This document shows, piece by piece, positions 37,931 through 50,584 of a stretch of DNA of 64,000 nucleotides. The translations under genes and the position numbers were made by a program. The notes under the pieces were generated by a model. It did no database searches and was not told the DNA's origin. It saw only the letters and a list, made by a program, of their open reading frames with translations. Source of the DNA: Heptranchias perlo (lineage: Eukaryota); assembly GCF_035084215.1 (NCBI RefSeq), contig NC_090360.1, positions 15,190,001-15,254,000 of the forward strand, written 5' to 3'. Position 1 is the first letter of the stretch; every line of letters starts with the position of its first letter.

Positions 37931-39164
37931 GGAGATAGGATAGGGTGAAGACACCCTATAAATACACTGAAGGAGAACCATCATCAGACAAGGGAAGTGA
38001 TGGGATCCATTCTCATCTTCCTGAAAAGGAATAATTCCTCAAAACTGGTCGTATGTGCATGTAAAAAAACAAATCACGCACATTGTGCATACCCACACGT
38101 GTGCACACCCACACGCGTGCACATCCGCACACATGATGAGCATATGAAAACAAAGAAATATCAACATTATAACAAACAGCATTGAGTTAATTTTGTGAGA
38201 CTGAAGGGTAATATTTGTTCTTACTCTTGATTTAGACTGAGGCTGCCAAGTTGCAGGCCACTTGCACAGTGCTACTTGGCAACTTTGTTCCAATTCGAGA
38301 GATAAAAACAGTCATCAAGCAAAACCCCAGGGCGAAAGCAGTGACCTCCCAGTGATCGCAGATACTTGTCATTTCTGTTGCTATTTGTTTGGTGTGGGCA
38401 GTGGTGTACGTTGGACTAAGCTCTGGTAAAGGTGATTTACAATAGCGACAAGTGATTTATAACAATATTTGCATTTATTGTCCCACCTTACCAAAGCATC
38501 TTTGAAATGCAGTAACTTGTGTTATTCTAAGGCAGCACTGTTCCACCAACAGCAATAAAATCAACCTGTTTTTTTTTGTTGGTTTAGGGTGAAGGAGGAA
38601 TATTGGCCAAGAAACTGGGAGAATTGCACCACGGGAACCTTCACATCTGAAGAGGCAGACGGCTGTTCAGTCTAACATCTCATTCCAGGGACAGCATCTC
38701 CAACAATGTAGCACATTGTCCTGGACTGCAGTTTCAACGGAGATTGTGACCGTTAAACGCCCAGTATGGAGCTAGCAACCTCCTGGCCTAGAAGGACAGT
38801 GCTAACCCACTGCGCTGACCAATTCATTCCCTCTCTCCCCTCATCTTTGAAAGGTTGTGAATTACACTGATATAGCCTCCAATATCAAGTGGTAATTTCT
38901 CATGTGAGAGTCTAGGCTGAGTGTAGGAAACGTTCGGAGAAATTAACACCAAACCCGATTCTCTCCTCACTTGTGCGCTTTCCACTAGGAGCAACTGGAT
39001 ATTTATCAAGTGTGAGAACCCTGGTTGATTAACCCCCTTTTCTGGCCGAGTGGCGCTGAGGCCAATTCCAGTTTCCCACAACAACCTGAGCTGAGATCAG
39101 CTAACTCTGCATCGATCAAACCTGGCAGCTTCCTGGTATACAAGACTCAGCATCGCAGTTCTTC

Positions 39165-39620
39165 CAAATGGCTCTGCACGTTTACCCAGTCGATAAGCAC
39201 TTCATACAGACCAGGAAAATCCCAGGTTCAATCCCCAATCTTTCCCTGAGTGAGCCAATCGCAGCTGGGTCTGAGTAGGGACATTAGAACTGATCTCAGA
39301 AAGCCCTGGGGTCCAGATGGGAGAAATCAGCAGGGTTCTTGCTCCTGATGGCTACCCACTGACCCCTGCTGCAAGCAGACATATGTGGAGCTTAAGTGAG
39401 GCCAGGATCAGGCTCGGCTCTGATGCGCTGTGGTCAATACAGCCTGCCGACACTAAACGCTAAGGATTAGGTCAGAATACCGGCCACTTCTGCGAGGTTC
39501 CGTAAGGTGCCTGTGGACATGTACTCCAACAGGCGGTCAGTGCCTTCTGCAGAGATGGAGAAGGACTTTGGAGCATTTCCTTACCATAAAGACGCTATAT
39601 TAATGCAAGTTATTGTTGTT
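39165..39620 (+). mobile_element. AmnSINE2-like SINE (head-to-head with a minus copy at ~38900-39150)
   Basis: CATACAGACCAGGAAAATCCCAGGTTCAATCCCC..AAATCAGCAGGGTTC..GACCCCTGCTG..CAGCCTGCCGACACT resembles the recalled AmnSINE2 consensus. Confidence 0.65.
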
Positions 39621-39654
39621 GAGAGAAACGTTGGTGAGAAGGTGTTAAAAAAGA

Positions 39655-40122
39655 CTTACAAGGATGATACCAGAACTGAGAGGATATACTTATCGGGAAA
39701 GGCTAGGGCTCTTTTTTCTAGAAAAGAGAAGGCTGAGAGGTGACCTAATAAACATCTTTAAAATCATGAAGGGGTTTGATAGGGTAGACCTAGAGAAGAT
39801 GTTTCCACTTGTGGGAGAGACCAAAACTAGGGGTCATAAATACAAGGTAGTCACCAATAAATCCAATAGGGAATTCAGGAGAATCTTCTTTACTCTAAGA
39901 GTGGTTAGAATGTGGAACTTGCTACCACAAGGAGTCGTTGAGGCAAATAGCATAGATGCATTTAAGGGGAAGCTAGATAAGCACATGAGGGAGAAAAGAA
40001 AAGAAAGATATGCTGATAGGGCTAGATGAAGTGAAGTAGGGTGGCGGAGGCTCGCGTGGAGCATAGGTGCTGGCACAGATCAGTCGGGCCGAATGACCTG
40101 TTTCTGTGCTGTAATTCTATGT
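39655..40122 (+). mobile_element. CR1 LINE 3' fragment
   Basis: ORF 39664-40029 is the CR1 ORF2 C-terminus; ATTCTATG tail. Confidence 0.92.
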
Positions 40123-40402
40123 AAAGAAAGACTCAGCATCACACCTCATGGTGTATTCACCCAATGAAAACCATGAGGCCTCTTTCTTCATTCATTGTTG
40201 AAGAAGTGTTCCGTTGTTTGCAATTAAATGTAAAAGGACTAAAATAATAGACTTTTATAAAAACATTGTTAGTTGGTTACATTCATTTAGTTGATATTCA
40301 AGCATTTGATTCTCCTTCATTCTGTGTAGTTTCACCTTTGACCTGTTGGAAGTATTTTAACAGATTTCTCCTTTGAGCAAACAGACAAGGGATGGGACTT
40401 AC

Positions 40403-40582
40403 AGTTAAGTCATTGATGGAGACAGCGGAAACTGTCGCTTTATGATCCTGAAGTTGACTGACGTAAGTCAGTGTGTTGAAGTCCCAGACAATGCACGTCC
40501 TGTCACGTGATCCACTCACAATTACATTATAAGATAAAGACACCACCAGGCAAGTGACAGCTTCTGTATGTCCATGAAGTAC
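40403..40582 (-). CDS. WDFY4: WDFY4-like exon (WD40): VLHGHTEAVTCLVVSLSYNVIVSGSRDRTCIVWDFNTLTYVSQLQDHKATVSAVSINDLT
   Basis: ttccAG / ACT|gtaagt, 180 nt, phase 0-0; canonical GH...SGSxD...WD repeat. Confidence 0.94.
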
Positions 40583-40797
40583 CTGGAATAAAGGATAACA
40601 GCAGCTGTGAGGCTTGATCATGTTAACAAGCCATTAAATGATTTCAATCTTTGATTTTTTTTTTCTGGATAGGATGGAGACACATGGGAATGAAACCTTA
40701 CCATGCTGCTCTCAGAAAAGAGAGGATTGGCTCGTGGGAGGGGAGATACCAAAGACACCCTAGCTCTCCTGCTGAAGCTCATCGCTCCAGTGAAGAA

Positions 40798-41195
40798 AAG
40801 AAATGCATTAATATAGTGACCTCAGGACATTCTGAAAACCTTCCCAGCCAACGAATTACTTTTGAATTGCAGTCATTGTTATGTAGGCAAGATCCCACAA
40901 ATATTATTGAGATAAATAACTGGTTAATCTGTTTTTAGAGGCATCAGTTGATGGATAATTGTTGGCCAGGATACTGGGAGAACTCCCCTGTTCTTTGAAT
41001 CGTGCCATGGGATCTTTCGTGTTCACCGGAGCAGGTAGATGGGGGCATCAGTTTAATGTCCCATCTGGAAGACAGCACTCCCTCAGTATTGGACTGAAGT
41101 GTCAGCCTAGATTAGGCACTCAAGTATCTGGGTTGGTGTTTGAACCCATATCTTCTGACTCAGAGGGGAAAGTGCTACCACTGAGCCAAGCTGAT
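40798..41195 (-). mobile_element. SacSINE1-like SINE (diverged)
   Basis: Collinear with other copies, with deletions. Confidence 0.75.
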
Positions 41196-41932
41196 ACTCT
41201 CAGTACTCTAACTTTCCCATTACAACATCCAACTGCATTGCAAAAATTCCAAAAATGGATCACTCTTCATAACCTCTGTTTTAAATGTACTTTTTCATGA
41301 ATTGAAGTTTATCTGCTCCTGCCCCACTTTCTGAGCTTAATTTGAAGTGACAGTCTGGGTTTATCTCAGCTATACCATTTAATATTCTATATACCTCAAA
41401 AAGATCTTCCCTTAACTGACTTCTTTCATGACTAAATTTAGTACAAATAAGTTTGCTTAATTACTCTGATGTAAATCAACTGCAAAATCATGAGAGATTA
41501 CACAGCTCACCAACAGAAATCTGAAGTGCAGTGCTTAACATACTTAGAATTCCAGCATCAGAAGATTTGCATCTTTCCAATAAAGTTATATTTGTCAGAT
41601 AGCATCAGAGAAAGTGCAACATTCCCAGACTTTCATCTTCTGGACTGATTTGTGGGGAGAAGATGACAAATAAAAACAACTGGAGCAATTTTTGTGTGAA
41701 ATAACGGTGGCAGCCACTGTACCGCATGGGTTACAGACAGGACCCCAAAAACACTTGGTGATATTGGTTGTATTGTTCACAAGTCTGAAGGCCAAATGAG
41801 TTCTGTGAGCTTGACTCACTGATGGTTTATTTTTCAGGAAAGTGTTGAGTTCCATTGTTTATACCACACATATTATGGGATATTGAAGTGTACTTGAGAA
41901 TTGTTTTTGTTTTTGATGTGTCTGCGTGTGTT

Positions 41933-42040
41933 AGAAAGAGAGAGAGAGAAAGAGATAGAAAGAGAGAAAGAAAGAGATAGATAGAGCGATAGAGAGCGAC
42001 TGAACGAGAGCACGAGAGAGGGAGACAGACGGACAGAGAT
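41933..42040. repeat. Degenerate (GA)n microsatellite
   Basis: Directly visible. Confidence 0.85.
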
Positions 42041-42805
42041 GGTTTGGGTGCACAAGAGCATACTGTGAAACCGTCTGAAACAGAGATACACAGGAAGGCC
42101 AAGCAGGAAACAAAGATCACACAAACTATTTCAGACAGGAGGGAGAAATGTGGGCTGACTGTCTTGTTTGCGCAGCTGAATGAGAAAGTAGATTATGTAA
42201 AGAGTGATGAAATGATGGGAGGAAATGGCAACCAGTTAACGGTTCTGCTTCAATTATTCGTAGCCCTTGCAAAAAATTGGGAAAAAGCCCATTTGAACTT
42301 GTTAACAGAAGTTCAGACTAGACATAAGCAAGGGTTATAGACACGAAGGTCTCTGAAGCAGGGGAGCAGTGATTAGTGCTGGAGTTTACTGATTATGACC
42401 ACTTTGCGTCTGTCGTGTTTAGACAATAGGGTTAATATATCCAAACTACCATAGTTGCCAACTGTCTGCTTTTAATTCAGGCATCAGCTTCTCCAGCCCC
42501 CACATGTGTCGAAGAGGTAAGCCATGCTGCATTATGGGGTGGCTTCAGCCAGCCCTCAATCAACTGTTGTCCCGACACCTGCACAGACAGAGGCTGGAAA
42601 TGGTTGTTTATGTATGAACTATCCACTCACAGTTGATAGCCAATACATTAAAGTGACCTTGTACGCTCCAGACAGCCAATTGTGAACATACATGATTAAA
42701 GTCTCAGGCGGGATCATTTGCAACAAACACTGGAACTTCACGTGACGCTGTGCGAGCTAGATAAAGGTAACAGGGACGGGCAAATACAAAAAGGCAGTAA
42801 CATAC

Positions 42806-42964
42806 CTCTTTCAATATCATGCTTTTCACTTTTTCTTTGTTGGATGGGATTTCCCATACGCATACCACACTGCTCATCCCTCCAGTGATAACAGTTGTAG
42901 GTGTTGGGCACGCAGCACACAGACACTGCCCCCAGTCCGACAGGCATTCGAATACACTTAGAAT
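42806..42964 (-). CDS. WDFY4: WDFY4-like exon (WD40): ILSVFECLSDWGQCLCAACPTPTTVITGGMSSVVCVWEIPSNKEKVKSMILKE
   Basis: tacAG / GAG|gtatgt, 159 nt, phase 0-0; WD-repeat VVCVWE. Confidence 0.92.
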
Positions 42965-43629
42965 CTGTATCATAAAGAATATGCCATTTTTACAAATATA
43001 ATTACAATTCAATTAGTGTTCAGTTCTTCACTCATCCTGCGTTAACCTGTTTTTGGGGTGTACGAATGATTGAAGCAGGACTATTAACTGGTTGTCACCT
43101 CCTCCTGTCATTTCACCACTCTTTACATAATCTACTTTCACGTTCAGCTTTACAAATGGAAGACAGTCGGCCCACATTTCGCCCTCCTGCCATCAATTGT
43201 TTTGTGCTCTTTGTTTCCTACTTGGCATTCCTGCCTTTCTGTGTCTCTGTTCTGTGCAGTTCCATCTAACGTTTCTCAATGTGTGCTCTTGTGCCTCTCT
43301 TTCTCACACACATTTTCTCCCCTCCTTCCCAACCCACGTTTTTCTCTCACTGTTCGTTCACCAGCAGAAGTTCCTTTCCTCTGGCCAGCAGAGGCCTTCT
43401 CTGTCCCCGCTACCAATAATGCTCTAACAAGGGATTTTAGACTCCAGGCGGCCAGCCGGGCAATCCCTGGGGTCACCACCTTCCTGACAGCCACATCACA
43501 GTGTCTCGAGAATTCTGTATTGTCTCTTGTTTCTGTATTTTTCACCAATTCGGACGTTATTGTATATGTTAATAAGATTACTTCTGCAATGTTAGCTCGA
43601 CTTTCCTTTCAGAGATTAAGACTAGTTGT

Positions 43630-44362
43630 CCCAGGGAATGTATCAATACTTGCTGGGAGTCTCAGGAGTGGGCCAAAATTTGCAATGGTCCACGAGAGTA
43701 TGTCAGTATTTGGGGAGGGGGGGAGGGGAGGGGAGGGGAGGGGGAGAAAAGGAGGTCCCAAGGAGAGTTTCGATATCTGCAGTGGGTCTACAGGAATTTC
43801 AGTATTTGGAGGGGAATCCCCAAAAGTGTGTAAATATTTGTAGGGGGTCCCGACGAGTGTGTCAATATTTATAGGGGGTCACCAGGAGTGTGTCAATATT
43901 TATAGGGGGTCACCAGGAATGTGTCAATATTTGTAGGGGGTCACCAGGAGTGTGTCAATATTTATAGGGGGTCACCAGGAATGTGTCAATATTTGTAGGG
44001 GGTCACCAGGAGTGTGTCAATATTTATAGGGGGTCACCAGGAATGTGTCAATATTTGTAGGGGGTCAACAGGAGTGTGTCAATATTTGTAGGGGGGGGTC
44101 ACTGGGAATGTGTCAATATTTGTAGAGGGGCCACCAGGAATGTGTCAATATTTGTAAGGGGGGGGTCACTGGGAATGTGTCAATATTTGTAGAGGGGCCA
44201 CCAGGAATGTGTCAATATTTGTAGGGGGGGGGTCACTGGGAATGTGTCAATATTTGTAGGGGGGACACCAGGAGTGTGTCAATATTTGGAGGGGGGGTCA
44301 CCAGGAATGTGTCAATATTTGGAGGGGGGACACCAGGAGTGTGTCAATATTTGTTGGGGGTC
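43630..44362. repeat. ~31-bp minisatellite GTGTCAATATTT(A/G)TAGGGGGTCACCAGGA(A/G)T
   Basis: Period 31 at 43861/43892; G-run length variants; degenerate left flank. Confidence 0.93.
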
Positions 44363-45227
44363 CCCACACAGAGCAGTGGTTTTCACACTTTTCTATTATG
44401 GATCAATAGGATGCATTATTCCAACAGGTTGAATTGTACACAATTAAACTGCCCGGGATGGTATTCTTGCTTCAACGGTTTGGAGTGGAATCTTTCGACT
44501 GTCCGCTGGACATCTCCAAATTCAGGCTCAACTTTAACATTTTCCAGTTAAAAAATGGCATCCATGTTTATTGGAACATTTTCTCATTTAAGAACTCTCA
44601 GTATCCCAGGTTACTGTTTCTCCTTTGGTCCTTTCACCTTTTGCAATCCCCTCTTGCACGAAGAATTACACACCCGATCTCAGACTGTTAGAGTGAACAA
44701 ACTTTTCCAAGTCCTCACACCTCCTGTGGGGCCTTGCACAAAGTGGATAGCTTAGCACAAAATCACGAGCAGTGTACCACCGATATTCGAACAAACTGTC
44801 GGCTATGCACATGTGGCTGAGGACACGGGGTGGGGTTTTGGAAAGTGTCGTCCTCTTAATCTGAGTTTGGAACATGGGAACATCAGGAACAGGCGGAGGC
44901 CATTCAGCCCCTCGGGCCTGATCCGCCATTTAATTAGATCATGGCTGATTTGCGGCTTCAAATTTTGAAATGTTCTTTTGGCTAAACAGTTTTCTGTTTG
45001 TTTCTCATTCCCTCAATTGGTCCAATAATAAAGTGAATGCATGATAAAGCAACAAACCATTAATAATATTCATTATTAATAGTATATTTACTAGATGTAA
45101 AACTGCCAACTCAAGGCATCAGCATAGAATCACCTCTTTATGCTGTTGCTTTATGAATTTGATAACACGTCTTATTAATAAACCTCTTCGGAAATCAAAC
45201 CAAAATCTCTTTCTTTTTCTCTTAAGT

Positions 45228-45655
45228 ATCAGCCTTGGCTCAGTGGTAGAGCTTTTGCCTCAGAGGTAAAAGTTTGTGGGTTTGAGCCTCACTGTAGGAT
45301 GGGAGCATATCATCTAGGCCGACACACCAGTGCAGTACTGAGGGCGCGCTGCCCTGTCGAAGGTGCCGTCTTTGGGATGAGACGTTAAACCGAGGCCCTA
45401 TCTGCCCTCTCAGATATATGTAACTGATCATATAACACTATTCGAAGAAGAGCAGGGGAGTGGCCAACGGTTATCTCTCAACCAATATGGCTAAAACAGA
45501 TTCTCTCACTGTGGGATCTTGCTGTGCACAAATTGGCTGCTGCATTTGCCTACATCACAACAGTGATTACAGTTGAAAAGTACTGCATTGTCTGTGAAGC
45601 GCTTTGGGGCCTCATGAGGTCGTGAAAGGCGCTGTATAAATGCAAGATTGTTCTT
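45228..45655 (+). mobile_element. SacSINE1-like SINE
   Basis: Full length; a partial inverted copy lies at 45848-45990. Confidence 0.85.
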
Positions 45656-46035
45656 TATGCATAATTTACATCAGATAGATCAAAGCTCAAAAGGCAAAAT
45701 TGTTCAAACATCATTAGGCAGACATCTTCTGTGCCATCGTAAAGAGTTAATTTAAATCTACTGAATTTTTATGTGCACACTAATCTGCGAATCTGACTCA
45801 GTACTCATAAATGTAGGCTCTTTGGATTTGGTGCTTCTCCATCTATGAAAGAAAGACTTGCATTTATATAGCCCCTTTCACAACCTCAGGACGTCCCAAA
45901 GCTGTTCTTCTTCGAAATAGTGTCATGGGGTCTTTTACATCTACCTGAGGGGGCAGGTGGGACCTCGATTTAACGTCTCATCCGAAAGACGGATGAAACA
46001 TTCTTGGCCTTCAGCTGTTTATGCATTTTACACAC

Positions 46036-46193
46036 CTTGTCAGAGCCGTAGTTCCCCAGAGAGCAGCTGAAGTCATCATAACCCCAGGAGAAGGTTTTGT
46101 TCCAGTGAGGTGATATCAGTAATTTATTCTTCTCGACAGCAAGAACCCCCTTCTCAGTATGTACGATGTGTCCAACAGCTCCCTTCATTAATT
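46036..46193 (-). CDS. WDFY4: WDFY4-like exon: (E)LMKGAVGHIVHTEKGVLAVEKNKLLISPHWNKTFSWGYDDFSCSLGNYGSDK
   Basis: cacAG / AAG|gtgtgt, 158 nt, phase 1-0; TFSWGxDDFS..LG.YGSDK matches recalled WDFY4. Confidence 0.92.
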
Positions 46194-47005
46194 CTGTGTA
46201 AAACAAGGTAAGTAATGGACTATGAGAGGGAGATAGTGAACTGCTGTAGAGATCCAGAACATGGGACCACCAGCCAGCTGTGCTTTGGCAGTGGTGGGAC
46301 ATGGGCTTGATTCCCCCTGATCTCAGCTGCATTAATTACTGCAGGGAGGGGAGATCAGAGGAGCAATTTTCTTGCTTGCACACTTCCTGGAACTTGGTTC
46401 AGATTACCACTGCTGCCCCATGAGTGTGACTCTCACCTGCCTTCTTGGGTGGGGATGGTGCCAGCTTGGGCAGACCAGATCCTCAAGGAAATAGAATCAA
46501 TACAGATGCCCTCCAGCTTACATCCAGTGATTCCATATTCTCTTTCTGCATCTACACTATCCTCCTTCATTAGATGGCTGAAATGGTCCAGCCAACAAAC
46601 CGCACCATAGAGACCGTCAATGCCACTCTTTGGTTTCCCCATTTTCCCCTATCAGCTCCTGATGGCATTGACCCATGCTGGGTACAGTTCTGCGGGTATC
46701 TAATACCCTCTGATACCTCCTCAAGTGGTCATTCTCCATGTACGAGTATTGATAATGAGTGTAACATGCCCAGTGAAGGGTATCACTCCAAATCTGATCC
46801 TGTCCTCACCATTTGACCATCTAATTTCCAGCGGACATCACTGGATAATGATTACAACCGGGAACCTGGATAATTCCTCATCTCCCTCTGCCCCAACAAA
46901 CAACCAGATCAGGGACAGTGAAGACAATTGTGACACCCCCACTGCCACTCCAGCTGACTCAGCACTGATCGGGGAGTGAGCCTGGGACCTTCCCAGTTAT
47001 ACTGA

Positions 47006-47230
47006 TGTGGAGATGCCGGTGATGGACTGGGGTTGACAATTGTAAACAATTTTACAACACCAAGTTATAGTCCAGCAATTTTATTTTAAATTCACAAGCT
47101 TTCGGAGACTTCCTCCTTCCTCAGGTAAATGTCCTGAAACATTTACCTGAGGAAGGAGGAAGTCTCCGAAAGCTTGTGAATTTAAAATAAAATTGCTGGA
47201 CTATAACTTGGTGTTGTAAAATTGTTTACA
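47006..47230. mobile_element. Penelope-like mini-element with perfect 92-bp inverted repeat and 10-12 bp TSD
   Basis: Arms 47041-47132 and 47139-47230 are exact reverse complements with spacer CCTGAA; GTTATACTGA duplicated at 46996-47005 and 47231-47240; related copies at 14979-15107 and 5662-5736. Confidence 0.85.
47141..47181 (+). ncRNA. Minimal type I hammerhead ribozyme motif (mirrored on the minus strand at 47090-47130)
   Basis: AUUUAC-CUGAGGA-a-GGAG(gaagu)CUCC-GAAA-GC-UU-GUGAAU: stem I, CUGANGA core, stem II, GAAA, palindromic AGCU stem III. Confidence 0.75.
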
Positions 47231-47553
47231 GTTATACTGAGGCAGAGAGGGATTTGATGTCACTCAATGGTTGACCCATGAAGTACACCAGCAAGGCAGG
47301 AGGACTCCTGCTGAATCAGTTTTCTTCTCCGAGTTTAATCTGACACCAGTAAAACGGTCCATTGCGGGGGCGGGGGATGGTTATGAATGTTAGCTCAACA
47401 CTTCTCACCAAGAGTACCACCCTAATTGTGACGATTATTCGATCAGTCTGCACTTGAATGGTTTTTGTTGACTGGTTCACCCACATTCTGTTGACGCATC
47501 TGGCAATGTCAAAATAAGATGTAAAAAGTTTCCTCGGTCTCTGTTTTAAATAC

Positions 47554-47692
47554 CTTTTATTGGAACAGTCGAGGGCTTCAGATTCTGCAGGTGGTAGAAG
47601 AAAGGCTGAGTAGAGGCAGAAGAGGAAGCAGAGTCCTTCCCTGAAGAATGCTTTCCTTGGACAATCCGTGCAGGATGAGCTTTACTGAAAAG
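47554..47692 (-). CDS. WDFY4: WDFY4-like exon (BEACH end/linker): LFSKAHPARIVQGKHSSGKDSASSSASTQPFFYHLQNLKPSTVPIK
   Basis: Not in ORF track. ttcAG / G|gtattt, 139 nt, phase 0-1; BEACH-terminal LFxxxHPxR and PFFY..L..L.PS motifs. Confidence 0.9.
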
Positions 47693-48499
47693 CTGAACTC
47701 AAGTAAAAGAAATCCCTTGTGAGTCTATTTGTCTTATAAAACACTATCTATGTTCATTTACTTGTCTGTCTATTTAACAGACAGCCGTAATTGATGCCAG
47801 ATGACATGGAGATTATCTTTGAAAAATAACGCACATCCACTTACACAGACTGGTCTGGCAACGATTCATAAGCAATCTGGCAGAGCTTTGACTTTTTCTG
47901 TACATTTGCGATAACCTGAACAGATACAATCTGGCCAAGTACTCGAGTTCCTCTCCTTAAAACTCCCATATAAAGACCTAGCTCCTTACAGTTAAAGAAC
48001 AATTTTAATGAATCAGTTATGTTGCAGTTTCTGTACTGGTGCAACATTGGTTTCTCACTGCAACAACACAGGAGCTGCAGTATAATTGCAGACTGAAGCA
48101 CTTGATTTGAGAGCACTTTGAATTTTGGCAAAGCAGAATTAAACAGATTGGAATTTATTTTGCGTGAAAATACTTTAACGAGTCATTCGGTGAGGCCACC
48201 TGTGATGTTTCCGAACCCCTAATGTTACAGGTAAACCTCCAGACCAGTGCTGCAGAGAGGGCAATGTGTGCAGTATTGGGGGTCAGCATAGTTAGCATAG
48301 GTGACCATGGACCCTCCTTGATAGATAAGGAGACTTCCAAAATATATTAGTACGAACTTGGAAGAACACAAAGTAATTTTATTTGTATGAAGTATGGCCT
48401 TTACTGTGGTACTGCAGTCAACTGGAAGTGAGAAAGGTGGTTGTCCACCAGGAGTTAGGTGTAGCATCTCCCTACAACATGAGAACTGTATGACTCCCA

Positions 48500-49086
48500 T
48501 CTTCCACCCTCCATAAACTTGAGCACATCCAAAACTCTGTTGCCCGTATCCTAACTTGCACCAAGTCCTGTTCACTCATCACCCCTGTGCTCGCTGACCT
48601 ACATTGACTCCCGGTCCAGCAACGACTCGATTTTAAAATTCTCATCCTTGTTTTCAAATCCCTCCAGGGCCTCGCCCCCTCTCTATCTCCGAAACCTCCT
48701 CCAGCCCTACAACCCTCCGAGATCTCTGCGCTCCTCCAAATCCAGCCTCTTGCGCATCCCCGATTTTAATCACTCCACCATTGGCGGCCGTGCCTTCAGC
48801 TCTGGAAGTCCTAAGCTCTGGAAATCCCCCTCACTAAGCCTCTCCACCTTTCTCCCTCTCTCTCCTCCTTTAAGACTCTCCTTAAAACCTACCTCTTTGG
48901 CCAAGCTTTTGGTCACCTGTCCTAATATCGCCTTATGTGGCTTGGTGTCAAATTTTGTTTGATAGTGCTCCTGTAAAGCACCTTGGGAAGTTTTACTACG
49001 TTAAAGGCGCTATAGCGTCAATTTAGGTTTTGTATTTGTCGATTATAGATGCAAGTTGTTGCTGCTGCTGTTGTTGTTGTTGTTGT
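48500..49086 (+). mobile_element. L2 LINE 3' fragment
   Basis: Same family as 28617-29129; (GTT)n tail. Confidence 0.9.
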
Positions 49087-49849
49087 GATGAGTGGCTGGC
49101 AATACAAGGCACTTTTATATTGTATTAGAGGGTCCCAAAGCAGCAGAGCTCAAATGGAGACCCAGGGCCTCCATGGGTCATTCTCCTTTGCTCATCTAAC
49201 TTCCCACCATTACTCCAATCCAGGCTCGCTGGAGGTCGGAACATCCGATTCCCATTGGCTTAAAGGGAAGGTAGGAAGTCAGCTCAGGTGTTTCGTTGTC
49301 ACTGGAGACCTGATTGCAGCTCACACGACCTACGAAAATATGAGCCTCCAAGGTGGTCAGATCTGCAGAGGTAGAGTGGTTTATATTACCGAGTGCTGCT
49401 GACAGTGGGAGAACTGTCCATCTGCTGTCAACCGCACTCCTCCAGTGTAAAAGAGCAGTTACAAAGCCAATCGGTATTCTTGAATGCAATTTTAACTTTG
49501 GGCGAGGTGTAAAATGGGCGTTATCGGATTTGCTGTCCTTTATGCACCCTGCCTGACTTTCCTTTTGATTGTTTATGGGTGCCAGGTCCGTCATCGCCCA
49601 TTTTACACAATCACCCAAAATTACCCCCTTCTCTTTTCTATCCATTCTCTACAAGCGTTAGTTAAAGTCATCCCTGGGCATTCTTCTGGCTAAATTCCAA
49701 AAAGAAGGAAGAATCCCTTGAGAAGGAGGTTGTCTGATATCAAGGCTACACCAAAACAAACTGTAAAAATGGCAACAGGTTTGTATTTTCCACCACTTAC
49801 TGAGTAATCCAAGTTCGACACACACATGTTGTGGTACAACCACAGAGGT

Positions 49850-49998
49850 TGGGGATTCCCTCGGGGCTGCTCCCGTTTTGCCACCATAACTTTGCCAGAA
49901 GTGTGGCGGAAACCCAGTTGATGCGCGTAAATGGAGTTTACGTCTTAGTTTCGGCGAAGTTACGACAGCAGAGCGAGAGCAGCTCAGAGGAGATTCCT
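49850..49998. mobile_element. Imperfect palindromic MITE-like repeat
   Basis: About 48-bp imperfect inverted arms; related sequence near 35815-35927 and 13390-13437. Confidence 0.45.
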
Positions 49999-50371
49999 GG
50001 TCAAAGTCTACTCGTCTTCAGTCAAATAATCTGGTCGTTCAACATTTTTAGCACTGTTCCCACCTTGCTGTATTTTTTAAGTTGCCTAATTCAAAATATT
50101 GAACAATACAACTTTTCTTAGCACAGAAAATGATGTTGAATTATCAGGAGATGACTCTACACCCTTTTACATGGTTTTTGACCTCTCTGCTGTTACTGTA
50201 AAACCCCCCTCTGCCTCCTCCCTCATGTAAAAGCTTTACAATCAAACAAACCTTTTTTGAATTCCTGACCGAAAAGAACCACAAAAGTGTGTGAATGTCA
50301 ATCAAAGCGCATCCCGAAAATTTTAGTTTAAAAATAAAATTTAGAAATTGTGAGACTCTTCTAACTTGTAC

Positions 50372-50584
50372 CTGTTTAGGGATCTGCCCAAAGTTACTGA
50401 CAAAACCAACAATGGTACTCTTTCTCAAAGGGTCTTTGATGTTACTGAGATCAACCTGGTCATCGTAGAAGTAAGGATGGAAAACATTAACTGCTTCGAC
50501 TGCAGCTGACCCCTGCTGCTTGTAACCAAATATCAGGTCTATCCAGTGATGGAGATGAGCACAGGCATAGTCACTTTCCAAAGC
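50372..50584 (-). CDS. WDFY4: WDFY4-like exon (BEACH): ALESDYACAHLHHWIDLIFGYKQQG...SNFGQIPKQ
   Basis: catAG / CAG|gtacaa, 213 nt, phase 0-0; hallmark BEACH ALES..WIDLIFGYKQ..FGQxPxQ. Confidence 0.95.

Noticed and set aside
43202-43843. 213-aa plus-strand ORF inside a WDFY4 intron (possible nested gene such as LRRC18)
   Set aside because: No LRR or other motif; it runs through pyrimidine-rich and minisatellite sequence.
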